Below, piece after piece: positions 47,246-57,187 of a stretch of 64,000 bases of DNA. The stretch lies in contig CASIAP010000008.1 in the NCBI GenBank assembly GCA_949372645.1, positions 22,623 to 86,622 on the forward strand, given 5' to 3'. Below the pieces are notes generated by a model. That model saw only the letters and a list, made by a program, of their open reading frames with translations, did no database searches and was not told the DNA's origin. Both the position numbers and the translations under genes were made by a program. Every line of letters starts with the position of its first letter. The first letter of the stretch is position 1. Source of the DNA: Candidatus Poseidoniaceae archaeon (GTDB taxonomy: Archaea; Thermoplasmatota; Poseidoniia; Poseidoniales; Poseidoniaceae).

Positions 47246-50200
47246 TTATTCATCCTCACGGAGAGGGCCAAGTTCAACCCCTTTCGGACCACAAAGACGT
47301 ATTTTCCCTCGTGAAAAAGGACATTGTGTGCAAACATCTGCTGATTCTTCTGGCAAACGTGCCGGCTCCTCCAATGCATCAGGAGTGGCTGAAAGTTGAG
47401 CCATCCAAGTCAGGTGTTCTAAAAGGTTGATTTTGGCTTCAGCAAATTCCTCTTCCGACAATTGCACCATGCGCCCAGAGGCACCGATGAGCAAGGATGG
47501 AGGCAGTACTCGGCGACGTTCATGTTCGGGCTTTTGCTGTTCGATAACCTCCAATGCCAATGAATACAGAGTCAGTTGTAAACGGTGTTCGTCGAGGAGC
47601 GAGCGTTCCGCATACGATGCAGGGAAAGGCGAGAGAAGATCACCTTTGAATTTCTGAAGCTGGCTACCTGAATTGGAATCATCTGGATTAAATTGATCTC
47701 TGCAGCCTTTGGTTTTCAAATCAACAACTTGTAGGCATCCTTTTCCTTTAGCATCACGTAAGGCCAAAACTAAATCTGCACGGCCATCAAAAACTACATC
47801 CACATGATCGACAAGTGCCTGTGGCCGTGGCCCTTCAATTGAGAACGTTGTTCGGACTAAGCCGTCAAAAGTGACTTTATGGCTGAAATAAAAGGGTAAT
47901 TCGGTCCTCAGCCCTTCGACTGTATACCCAAAATGGCTTTCACCATCTGCGAGTCGGCCAAGTAGGCCATTACGAACCAATCCTCCTAAGTGGGCTAACC
48001 GTCCAAGCGTTACTTGGTGGATTGTAGAATGTGAATCTCCCTCCCCAATTCCCTCTTCGGCAAGTACGCGTCGGAGAGTTGTTTCATCATCGAGAAGGTC
48101 TTTGCCTTCATAGATCCATGCAGAAGGAAGGGGTGATGAAGCAGGTGAATTCAATTGTGCAGGATTCTGTAATCCAATTTCGACCAAGCGATGCATAAGG
48201 GTTCCGAAAACAGTTGCAGGTGGGAAGAGAGAAGATGATGTTTCACTGGGCTTCGACTTTGAAAATCGTTCAAGTGGCTCTGGATTCCACCCCCTCACTT
48301 CTGCGAGCCAATGCCGCCGCGGGCACACAAAACTCGTATCCAACCCATGCGCCGTCATTCGCATGATGTCGCTCACTTGGGCATAACGAACTGGAAGAGA
48401 GGGCTGGGGCGGTGTTTTCCCGAGTTGTATCTCAAGGCTACGCCATTTTTGTAATGGTGTTTGAACATCTAAATCTGGGAAACAGTCGGGTGAATGATAC
48501 AGATGAATTGACTCTATTGCATCTCCGCCGAGGTATGAGTTTTCGATCAAAGCTCTAGGGTTCAAGGAAAGTTTGGTTGATTCATAACGCTGGAGAGGTT
48601 TTCCGAATTCATCACCTGAAAGTAGCCATGGAGAATTTTCTTGGCAGTTTGAGTGTGAGAGACTGCGTAACCCATCGAGCCACATTGCTCCCATTGTTTT
48701 CATTGATGGATTGCTCTTGAATTCAAGGAGGTTTGTATCGGCATTGACTTCTGCTGTATCGCTTGGTGAACCGACGACAATCAATCTGTCCTTCACTCGT
48801 GTCAAGGCGACGTAAAACTCTCTCCGGCGTTCGGCTTGACGCTGTGCATGATCCATGCGTTTTGCAAATTCCCAAAGTCCATCGTCAGGTCGTTCACGGG
48901 AAGTCCATGGATTGATTCTGCCTGCGACAACTTGAGGGGTTACCAAAACGTTGTTTCGAACTGCAAGTGATGCATCCGATTTCCCGGCATTGAAGATTCC
49001 TGCAACGACAACAACCGGCGCCTGAAGCCCTTTTGCACCGTGGATCGTCATAATTTGGATGGCGCCACCAGACGGAGTTGTAATCGCTGATGGGCCTTTG
49101 TTTCCAAGGCCGCTCAAGGCCTTCATTCGATTGAAAATGGCCGAAGCCTCATGACCTAACTCATTTCCAATTGAAGCTGCAAGAGCACACCAGGCTTCTG
49201 CATTTTGTCGAGAAGTATCATCTGGATACGCAACAAGTAAATCTGAATGATCGAGAATTGTATCGAATACATCATGAATAGCTCCTTGCTGAACCAAGTG
49301 CTCGATATGAGCTGCAAATTGCTTCACATGCTTATTCGGAGCATGCTGTTGGATACTCTTCCACCATGAGGTTTCTTCTTTCGAAGTAAGGAGTGCGTGG
49401 GATTGAGCATCATTGAAACCCAGTATAGGCGAGCGAGCAAGCGATAAAGCTGCATGTCGAGAGTTTGGGAAAGCAATCAATTCCAAGCAAGCGAGAAGAG
49501 GAGCAATTACCGGCCGTTGAAGCAATGCCCCTTGGCGGTCTGCCATAACTGGAATTCCTCGAGATTGTAACCTCTGAATTAAATCCGGCATGTGCTTTCG
49601 GGAATGGACCAAAATTATGATGTCTTCAGGTCGTATCTTGGCGGTATCGTTTGGAATCTCGATATAGTTCGCTGAATCTGCATCCCAAACCTGAGTCGCT
49701 CTGTTTTGAATAAGCGCTTGTAAACGGGCGGCGATTAATTCATTTTCAAGATGTGAGCGTTTTGCCTTGGGGTCTGCAAACGTATCAATTCGCTTTTCCA
49801 AATCAAAGCTTGGAGCCTCTACTCCAATTTGAAGTGGTACAAGCCATTCCAGTGTCCCCGAATTCTTCGAGTCACGGGCTGGTCGAAGTTGTTGAGGCTC
49901 TGCATGCCAATCACCTGGTAAAACGTAGTGTCTTTGGTCGAATACATCGTCAAACATTCCATTCATCGTCCGCATTAAATTATGTAATGAACGATGGTTC
50001 GAAGTGAGGTCAATATGCCCCAGAGTGCGTCGTTCTCTCCGGATATCATCTATGGGGGTTCGTGAATCTTCATTGTCTTCAAAAGCGAGACTCACATGCT
50101 CCCATAACTTGGATTTGACTGAGGCACCTTCAATGCTCGTTCCTTTGATGAATGACTCGCCTGCACCAACTGGCCGGGGATCTCGCCCCTTTCCTTCACT

Positions 50201-52198
50201 TCGCAAATGGGTTAATCGAGGCTCGTTTTGTTCCAGAAGATTTGCTTGTTTAATCGCAGCCACTGTTCGTCGCATGACGGTCACCTCGGCTTGTCGGAAT
50301 CGGTAGATACTTTGCTTCATATCCCCGACAATACAAACCGTCGGGTCCCAGGGTCCGAGTGGGCGTTGTGGTTCATCAGATTCAAGCCTACGATGCCCCC
50401 AAAGTCGGGCAAGAAGGCGGAAGTGAGCAGGGTTTGTATCTTGGTATTCATCGATGATGAAGGCACGATATTGCCGCCGGATTGTTTGCAATGTAAAGAA
50501 GCGACGTTGTAAGTCTTCGAAGCAGGATTGGTCTTCACCTGCCAAACGCATGGCACGTGAAATGTGCTGGTCTGACCAAGGCTCGCCTCCAAGATGGTCG
50601 AGGGCATGAACGACTGCTGAAGGGTAAACGTGACGTACGATATCAGGGCACCGAGCAAGTAACAAGTCTGCAACGAGCTTTTGGATATCGTCATAATCAT
50701 GGACGGCTTCATGGGCTTTTTGAAGCGTCAAAATATCTTGGCATCCACGGTGGACAAGCAAGAGATCATGCAGTACATTGGTTTGTAATTCGTGTGAAAT
50801 ACGAAGTCGTCCCTCTGGAGCAAGATCGCTGAAGGTGGCGGTAACTTCTTGATAACGAAGTTCACACTCAATCGGCATATGTGGTAACTGGGAAATGGGG
50901 TCGAGTAAGAATGCGCTTTTGCCCAAGAGGCAAACCAAACGCCCAAGGCGGCTGTTGAGTTCGGAATTGAGTGATTCTGTAAAGCCTAAGGCTGCTACTG
51001 CCACGCTATCTTTCTCTGCTTTTGAAAGTACTTTCGTCGCTGATTTGCCAAGTAAACCAGGATGCCACCCTGCACAATGATGAGCTTGTGGTAGTCCACC
51101 CTTGGGAAAATAATTCGGTTCCTCACTTTCTAATTGATTGGTTGTCGTTCCAGCAATTGCGACGTGCCAAACCCATTGTAAACATGCACTTGGTTCAATG
51201 GGCAAAGGCTCTCTAGCCAAAGCCGTCAAATGATTAAAACGAGTTTGTGTGGTGTTGATTTCGGCTTCACATGCCAGCACATAGTGAGCTGAATGGGCAA
51301 GATATACATTGACCCATTGAGATAAAATCTCTTGTAGATTTTGAGCAAATTCGACAACTTCGTCTCGAACGGGTTCCAAGAACATGTCCATGAGTACTTC
51401 GTGTGGAAGTGGCCCGGCACCTGACCATGCGGAACCAATCGATTGGGCACGGGCGAGCATTGCATGGTATGCTTCTTCGACAAACAAAGATTTGCCTAAC
51501 ATTCCACTGAGGACAACCGCCGAGTGCTCTTGGCCGCCAAGCAGTATTGCTAAACGATTTCGTGCTTCAATAAAGGCTCCAATATTCCCTCGCACACCCG
51601 CTTCATGCGCATCATTAATCGTTCGAATACGCCATGCTGAATGGAGAGTTTCTTGAACCAAAAGTGGAGAACGTTCCTCAGAAATTTGTTCCCGACTTGG
51701 ATGAACTGCTACCAAATCTAAATGCGGCGATACCAGTTGAGAAAGGAAGGCATCAATCGTTGAAATCGGTGCTTCGTCAAGAGCTGACATCAAGGTCTCA
51801 ATATCTCCTTCACGGATTCGAGAATCAAATATTCCTTCATCATCACCTGGTTTCACGGGAGATGCTCGACTTTGTCCAACGCGATATCGTATACGTGCCT
51901 TCAATTCCGCTGCTGCCTTTTTGGTAAAAGTAATGGCAACCACTTCGCTGGGGAGTAAGCCTTTCCACTCACTTGGTGGAGTTCGTTGCCGCGGTGGTGC
52001 TCGTAAAAATCCGCTACCTTTTACCGATTCCCGGGGCCCTTGAGGAAGGAGTTGTGTTGCGCGTTGTTCTGATGAAAGAAGGTGCTGAACATAGCGTTCA
52101 GCCATGACAGTGGTTTTACCAGTGCCAGCCCCAGCGTCTAAAGCAATGTGTTTGTCAAGGTCGAGCCCCAGTCGTTGGCTTCGATTAAAGCGAATCAT
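47246..52198 (-). CDS. addA: AddA-like SF1 (UvrD/Rep) helicase fused to a RecB-type PD-(D/E)XK nuclease with four flanking cysteines
   Basis: 1650 aa. Helicase motifs AGAGTGKT, DEYQDTN, VGDMKQSIYRFR, TSNHRS, TIHGAKGLQ and YVALTRVKDRL. Nuclease motifs GRADLV, VVDLKT and QLTLY. Cysteines CPRRHW ... CTQCPFSRGKIRLC (47291-47332). Confidence 0.85.
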   Translation of the reverse strand: MIRFNRSQRLGLDLDKHIALDAGAGTGKTTVMAERYVQHLLSSEQRATQLLPQGPRESVKGSGFLRAPPRQRTPPSEWKGLLPSEVVAITFTKKAAAELKARIRYRVGQSRASPVKPGDDEGIFDSRIREGDIETLMSALDEAPISTIDAFLSQLVSPHLDLVAVHPSREQISEERSPLLVQETLHSAWRIRTINDAHEAGVRGNIGAFIEARNRLAILLGGQEHSAVVLSGMLGKSLFVEEAYHAMLARAQSIGSAWSGAGPLPHEVLMDMFLEPVRDEVVEFAQNLQEILSQWVNVYLAHSAHYVLACEAEINTTQTRFNHLTALAREPLPIEPSACLQWVWHVAIAGTTTNQLESEEPNYFPKGGLPQAHHCAGWHPGLLGKSATKVLSKAEKDSVAVAALGFTESLNSELNSRLGRLVCLLGKSAFLLDPISQLPHMPIECELRYQEVTATFSDLAPEGRLRISHELQTNVLHDLLLVHRGCQDILTLQKAHEAVHDYDDIQKLVADLLLARCPDIVRHVYPSAVVHALDHLGGEPWSDQHISRAMRLAGEDQSCFEDLQRRFFTLQTIRRQYRAFIIDEYQDTNPAHFRLLARLWGHRRLESDEPQRPLGPWDPTVCIVGDMKQSIYRFRQAEVTVMRRTVAAIKQANLLEQNEPRLTHLRSEGKGRDPRPVGAGESFIKGTSIEGASVKSKLWEHVSLAFEDNEDSRTPIDDIRRERRTLGHIDLTSNHRSLHNLMRTMNGMFDDVFDQRHYVLPGDWHAEPQQLRPARDSKNSGTLEWLVPLQIGVEAPSFDLEKRIDTFADPKAKRSHLENELIAARLQALIQNRATQVWDADSANYIEIPNDTAKIRPEDIIILVHSRKHMPDLIQRLQSRGIPVMADRQGALLQRPVIAPLLACLELIAFPNSRHAALSLARSPILGFNDAQSHALLTSKEETSWWKSIQQHAPNKHVKQFAAHIEHLVQQGAIHDVFDTILDHSDLLVAYPDDTSRQNAEAWCALAASIGNELGHEASAIFNRMKALSGLGNKGPSAITTPSGGAIQIMTIHGAKGLQAPVVVVAGIFNAGKSDASLAVRNNVLVTPQVVAGRINPWTSRERPDDGLWEFAKRMDHAQRQAERRREFYVALTRVKDRLIVVGSPSDTAEVNADTNLLEFKSNPSMKTMGAMWLDGLRSLSHSNCQENSPWLLSGDEFGKPLQRYESTKLSLNPRALIENSYLGGDAIESIHLYHSPDCFPDLDVQTPLQKWRSLEIQLGKTPPQPSLPVRYAQVSDIMRMTAHGLDTSFVCPRRHWLAEVRGWNPEPLERFSKSKPSETSSSLFPPATVFGTLMHRLVEIGLQNPAQLNSPASSPLPSAWIYEGKDLLDDETTLRRVLAEEGIGEGDSHSTIHQVTLGRLAHLGGLVRNGLLGRLADGESHFGYTVEGLRTELPFYFSHKVTFDGLVRTTFSIEGPRPQALVDHVDVVFDGRADLVLALRDAKGKGCLQVVDLKTKGCRDQFNPDDSNSGSQLQKFKGDLLSPFPASYAERSLLDEHRLQLTLYSLALEVIEQQKPEHERRRVLPPSLLIGASGRMVQLSEEEFAEAKINLLEHLTWMAQLSATPDALEEPARLPEESADVCTQCPFSRGKIRLCGPKGVELGPLREDE

Positions 52199-52839
52199 TT
52201 TTCATCACCTCCTAGCGTTGCTGAGGGGCAGATTTGCCTCACATTACAGTATGAACAATGAGCTCCGGGCGTGGCATGAACATGTCCTTGACGCGCTGTT
52301 TGAATCGCTCTTCCCGCCGTGCGAATACGTTCCGATATCCAAGCACGGAAGCCGTTTTGCAAAGAAAACTCACTCCCGGGTTTACGGTAATGGGTTTGTG
52401 CATAGGTTGTCCTTTCCCCGAGCTCATTCCCATCGAGATATTTGAGAATCGATGCATCCAGTTCAACGTAATGAGTGGTTGATTCTCCGATTTCAGTTAC
52501 ACCGATACCAACTACACGATCGCCGGGATGGCTCTGCTCCCACGCTCGGGCATAGAGTCCGAGTTGAACTTCATCAAACATACCTTTCCGATGACGGTTC
52601 CCCTTCTTTTTGGGTTTAGGGCCATTCACCGTTTTCAAGTCACGAATGATTACGAAGCGATTTGCTGGATAAATATCATTCAAATCGAGCGGGAGCACCG
52701 TCGAAATCGGGGGTACTGGCCAAGACGCCATCGGCTCGTGCCTGAATCTGCTGTTCTTCACTGAGTACAACAACATCAACTCGATCAATTCGGCCTGAAA
52801 GATTGATTTGAACCGATTTCCCTGCATCATCAAATCCAT
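52195..52839 (-). CDS. addB: AddB-like subunit, C-terminal fragment (nuclease motif III onward plus Cys cluster); out of frame with the upstream 1131-aa ORF
   Basis: IIRDLKT, QLGLY and CSYCNVRQIC (52228-52257). The stop overlaps the addA-like start (ATGA). Only residues after about 52713 are likely to be translated as part of the full-length protein. Confidence 0.7.
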   Translation of the reverse strand: MDLMMQGNRFKSIFQAELIELMLLYSVKNSRFRHEPMASWPVPPISTVLPLDLNDIYPANRFVIIRDLKTVNGPKPKKKGNRHRKGMFDEVQLGLYARAWEQSHPGDRVVGIGVTEIGESTTHYVELDASILKYLDGNELGERTTYAQTHYRKPGSEFSLQNGFRAWISERIRTAGRAIQTARQGHVHATPGAHCSYCNVRQICPSATLGGDEK

Positions 52840-55800
52840 TTATTTTGACATGTCCGGTCTTTCTTTCGTTCAGCATCCATTCGCATGCCAAGGGAGCTGA
52901 GGCGGTTAATTCAAGATCTGCTGAAATCATTCTACCAAGGCGCCCACTGGGTTTCAATTCAATCTCGCCTTCAAGATGCATACGCCATTGACTCGGCGTA
53001 ACTCCAAGCATTTCTCTGCAACGGTGGACTGCTACTGCATCATTACGCGCTAACCAAGGGACTTCGCGTTCAAGATATGAAAGAACACTGTCCCATAATT
53101 CTGGAACCGTTTTCATCGGCCCTTGGTGGAGTGGGAGGGGGTTGTCAACAGCTTCAGCTGCCGTAAGAACGCCGTGGGCATTCAGCATGGCTGCTTCTGC
53201 ATCGTGAACCATCGTGCCTCGAGCTCGGGCATCGACATCTTCGCTTTGTACATCTTCAGGTTCTGCTTTCAAACGCTTATTCATCCATGCCATCCGAGGA
53301 CATTGAAGCCAGGATTGTAGACGACTTTGAGACCAAGTCTCTCGCTCCATCCCTGTAGAGTGAAAACCAGTTGTCGCGTTCAGAATAGGACTTTGTAAAT
53401 CGAGAGCGGGGAGAGGGCGGGGGTCGATGGCTGGGCCTTTGGACATTGAATTCCGCTTTAGGCCGAGGTGTGGCCAATGCTGTTGTTGGCTCGAACCGAG
53501 AAGCACTTGGGAATTTGAAGGTTGTAATATGAGATCGTCGGTACTCAGCATATGTTCTCGGTTCTCCCAAGTAAAATAGTCACCATTTTCCAAGTCCTTC
53601 ATCACCGGTTGTCGAAGGCTACGATCTGTTTGAATCGGAAGTTCGTGCGCCATTGCTAGAGCCGTTTGAGAGAGCACTTTGCCGGAAGGGGCAGCTGCGT
53701 CAAGTAGTTGCAGTCCAAGCCGTTGACGTTCGTCTCTGCCCCTGTGGCCTGCGCGTTCTCCAACTGCTTTGCCTTCGACCATGGTCATCGTAAAAGGCCG
53801 GGGAGTAAGCCAAACAAGGCCACCTCCGTGTTCATCCTTTGTCCAGTGCCAACTTCGATGAAGGCGGCCCTGTTGATGTTCAAAGTCCTGAAGAAAAGAA
53901 GGAGCCGGTTGCAAGGTTGCAAGCGAACCTTCATGTCGAATTTCGGTTAACCATTCTGATAAAGGCGCGCTTGGGCCGCCACCTTCTTCAGCACTGGTGT
54001 CAAAGATGACGACTTCTTGAGCTGCATTGAGTAGATGACGAAGGTGATGCCGTCCTTGACGAATCGCGAGATCGGTATTAAACAGCCCAAGATGAACTTG
54101 TGCAGGTGCATCAAGCCATGGTATTTTCGAAGTTTTCATCGACCACGAATTGACATCCAAACCTGCCAAGAGTATCAAATCAGCTTCAACGCCATGGGCT
54201 TGTTCCGGGGTGAGCACCTGGATGGACTTCCCTCGAGAACGTGAACGGGGTAATGAGGTATGGGCGAGAAGGTGATCGAAATATTCGATGAAGAGGGGGC
54301 CTTTTTCTGGAACCGAATAGCCTGCTTTTTCGAGGAGGGTTTGCGTGGATTCATGAGATTCCCTCACTATTTGCAGCCCTGCGAGAGACCGGTCATGTTT
54401 TGCAGTCCGAGTTGAAAGGTCAATCCAATCGATATGATTGTAGATAATATCGAGCCATTCAATTCCCGATTTTGGACGCTGCGGGAGAGGAAGAGGCCGT
54501 TCGGTCGAACAGCCAAGTGGTTGTTTTGGGATTTTGGAAAGAGTCTCTTGGTCGACCAGTGGGGCCCATGTCTCAGCAATGCAGTGTAACCACCATTGGG
54601 TTTCTTCAAGTGCTTGACGTGCCTTGTTTTTGTTTTCTCCAAGCTGTGGAGTTGCTTGTGCGAGCGTTGCAAGCCATCGCAAAAGGGACCCTTGCCCCCC
54701 TCGTACGTGGAATGAACGAGCGATTTTTTCGAGAATGTCGGAATGAGGAAATGGTTTCCATGATGGTTCGCTGGGGTGAGTGAGTTGCTCGATTGCACCG
54801 TTGTTCAAAGGAAGACTTTGATGTTCATACAACCCCCGAAGATGTTCGAGTGACCAAGCATCCATGCCAATACCGAGTTTCATTGCCCGAGCCAATCCCG
54901 CAACTGCTGGTATCTCTTCGAGCTTTTTCTGTTCCACCCCACACTGATAACCAAGAGATGCGAGGCGTGAGTGCCATTGTTCTTGGTTAGAATCTGCAGC
55001 TCCATCGACGATAAGTACGCGCCCCTTGGATTGGAGGCCGTATGACCGTAACAATTCAATTGCAGCATCCATTGAATGTGCTCCTCGTTCCAAAGTGATA
55101 CGGTGCAGTGAAGTGTTTCTCTGCACACCTCGTCTTGAACGCCAATGAGTCTCGTTTGGTGGCAACCATACTTCGTGCTTTGGAACCCATTCAGGAAGGT
55201 CTGCTTGTGTCACATAGTCCCATTCTGCGTCAAAGAGGTAAGCTCCGTGAAAGCCAAGGCGGAAAGAACCTGCTGAACAAAGTTGGTGAATTGGACGTAT
55301 TTTAGAAAGAGATGTAAAGAAACTACGTTCAATTTCGGAGTAATCTGGTGCCACATCTAAAACCACAATTCCTCGTACATCATTCAAAGTGAAGGGGACC
55401 TCAGAACTTGTTTGAAGCGCCCTCATGAGACGACTAAAAGCATGGTGAGGGTGGGTTCCGCCTAATTTTTCCTCGAGATTGTGCAGAAGTGAATCAAATT
55501 CTTTTGCACCAGGATCGCCTTCCCAGGACCACGGATTGTTCAATTGATGCAAAGTCTGATGCAGTGTGAGGAGGCGTTCCGTTTGGTATGATGACCACTT
55601 CCTGCCTTCGATGGCTGAAAATAACAATGGCAACTCTCCGTTTTCAGCTGCTTGTTTGGTATGAGCGTGGATGACTGAAAACAATCCTGCATCATTTCCA
55701 AACAAGGGCGGTATACCAAGGTCAAGTGTTAACAATTGAAGCAAACGAACTATCGTCAAATGATGTGTTGTATCAACAGGTGAATTGGTTTGTGCGAGTT

Positions 55801-56071
55801 GGAGCAAGGTTTGATTCCGACTGGCTTCATTGGGGTGAAGGACCAAAATATTTTCAGCAGAACCATTTTGAAGTGCATCAAAGAACCATGGCGGAATGTT
55901 ATCGCCTGCATCGACCGCTTCAAGCGTGAGTGATGCAACATTTCCCTCATTCATCTTGTCGCCCCAAGACCAATACAACCGTCGACTGTTCTTGAAGCCT
56001 CTCGGTACATTCTCAGAAAGGAGCGCTTTATGCTGGTATTTTGATAAGGTGATTTTGTGGTCGAATCTCAT
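52676..56071 (-). CDS. addB: AddB-like subunit, N-terminal 1131 aa (degenerate helicase-like region, nuclease motifs I-II)
   Basis: No Walker A. CPRMAW upstream of the nuclease core. GRIDRVD (motif II) lies ~40 aa before the premature stop. Motif III is found only in the overlapping +1 frame. Confidence 0.75.
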   Translation of the reverse strand: MRFDHKITLSKYQHKALLSENVPRGFKNSRRLYWSWGDKMNEGNVASLTLEAVDAGDNIPPWFFDALQNGSAENILVLHPNEASRNQTLLQLAQTNSPVDTTHHLTIVRLLQLLTLDLGIPPLFGNDAGLFSVIHAHTKQAAENGELPLLFSAIEGRKWSSYQTERLLTLHQTLHQLNNPWSWEGDPGAKEFDSLLHNLEEKLGGTHPHHAFSRLMRALQTSSEVPFTLNDVRGIVVLDVAPDYSEIERSFFTSLSKIRPIHQLCSAGSFRLGFHGAYLFDAEWDYVTQADLPEWVPKHEVWLPPNETHWRSRRGVQRNTSLHRITLERGAHSMDAAIELLRSYGLQSKGRVLIVDGAADSNQEQWHSRLASLGYQCGVEQKKLEEIPAVAGLARAMKLGIGMDAWSLEHLRGLYEHQSLPLNNGAIEQLTHPSEPSWKPFPHSDILEKIARSFHVRGGQGSLLRWLATLAQATPQLGENKNKARQALEETQWWLHCIAETWAPLVDQETLSKIPKQPLGCSTERPLPLPQRPKSGIEWLDIIYNHIDWIDLSTRTAKHDRSLAGLQIVRESHESTQTLLEKAGYSVPEKGPLFIEYFDHLLAHTSLPRSRSRGKSIQVLTPEQAHGVEADLILLAGLDVNSWSMKTSKIPWLDAPAQVHLGLFNTDLAIRQGRHHLRHLLNAAQEVVIFDTSAEEGGGPSAPLSEWLTEIRHEGSLATLQPAPSFLQDFEHQQGRLHRSWHWTKDEHGGGLVWLTPRPFTMTMVEGKAVGERAGHRGRDERQRLGLQLLDAAAPSGKVLSQTALAMAHELPIQTDRSLRQPVMKDLENGDYFTWENREHMLSTDDLILQPSNSQVLLGSSQQQHWPHLGLKRNSMSKGPAIDPRPLPALDLQSPILNATTGFHSTGMERETWSQSRLQSWLQCPRMAWMNKRLKAEPEDVQSEDVDARARGTMVHDAEAAMLNAHGVLTAAEAVDNPLPLHQGPMKTVPELWDSVLSYLEREVPWLARNDAVAVHRCREMLGVTPSQWRMHLEGEIELKPSGRLGRMISADLELTASAPLACEWMLNERKTGHVKINGFDDAGKSVQINLSGRIDRVDVVVLSEEQQIQARADGVLASTPDFDGAPARFE

Positions 56072-56194
56072 CTCTGTTTGTCTTTTTAGAAAGAGTCAAA
56101 TGAATCTGTAAAATATAAATTTCAAAATCAAGCCAATTTGATTGAATCCACATGGGTTGAATGCTTTGATATCCAAGTTCCGACTCGGAAGGAT

Positions 56195-57121
56195 ATGCGG
56201 AAATCCTTCTTTCTTATCGGAATCCTACTTCTAGCTGCGGTTGGCCCTACACTCAGTGTTGCTGCACCTGCGACAACGACAGATGCCGGCATACTGTTCG
56301 GAGGTCAATCGTTTAACGCAAATCAGTCCGGTTCATCAACGGTCAATTTCAGTGAATTACCTTCAGTTGTTGAAGTCTACACTGCGACATGGTGTTCGAA
56401 CTGTGTCGATGTCGAGCATGCTCTTGAAAACATCGAAAATACAACTGGTTTACAGCAGTACCACACACATCGAGCCATCAACGAAGCTCAAGACCCGCTT
56501 GGAAGCATTGAAATCGATCAACGCTTCCATGATCGCTATGGTGTAATGGCCCCACCTGTTGTCGTGTTTAATGGCTCGGTCATTAAAGTCGGAAGCGTGA
56601 CTGATGCCGAATCCTTAGAAAGTGAATTTACTGGACTCGCTCAACAAAATATGGATATTTCCGGCACTTCGACCTTTGCATGGAATTCAACAAGTAACAC
56701 GACAGGGACAGCTACATGGGACATTAATCCTCTTAATTTGAGCGTTATTCAGTGGCAATTGGACCAAGGAAGTTCACTTTCCGCCTACGCTTGGATTGTA
56801 GAAGCTTCGGCATCCTTTGAAGAAGGGACCAATGGCCTTGGAGATTATCCACACGTCGTTCGAGGTATCGTTGAACTGGGTGAAATCAACATGACTTCGA
56901 ATATTCTTTCAGGAAGTGCAAACATCACCCTTCCACCGGCATACGATGGCAATGATTTGTCGGTTCACTTAATTTATCAATTCAACCAACCTGCTGAAGT
57001 TGAGGAACCAGGGGTCGAAACCCCACCATTGGTCGAAAACCCAGAAGAAGGGTTGCCTGCTGCTTCACTTCTCGCCAGTCTTTGTGTTATCTTTGGAGCT
57101 GCATTCATTCGTAGAGATTGA
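56195..57121 (+). CDS. Secreted thioredoxin-fold-like (W-C-x-x-C) protein with C-terminal TM anchor
   Basis: Signal MRKSFFLIGILLLAAVGPTLSVAAP. VVEVYTATWCSNCVDVE resembles DUF1223/thioredoxin-like CxxC. C-terminal hydrophobic AASLLASLCVIFGAAFI. Confidence 0.5.
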   Translation: MRKSFFLIGILLLAAVGPTLSVAAPATTTDAGILFGGQSFNANQSGSSTVNFSELPSVVEVYTATWCSNCVDVEHALENIENTTGLQQYHTHRAINEAQDPLGSIEIDQRFHDRYGVMAPPVVVFNGSVIKVGSVTDAESLESEFTGLAQQNMDISGTSTFAWNSTSNTTGTATWDINPLNLSVIQWQLDQGSSLSAYAWIVEASASFEEGTNGLGDYPHVVRGIVELGEINMTSNILSGSANITLPPAYDGNDLSVHLIYQFNQPAEVEEPGVETPPLVENPEEGLPAASLLASLCVIFGAAFIRRD

Positions 57122-57187
57122 TGATACATAAGAAATCAGTGACGGTTACAGTCATTTAGAAGTGATTGTACATGGCAAACATGTCGC

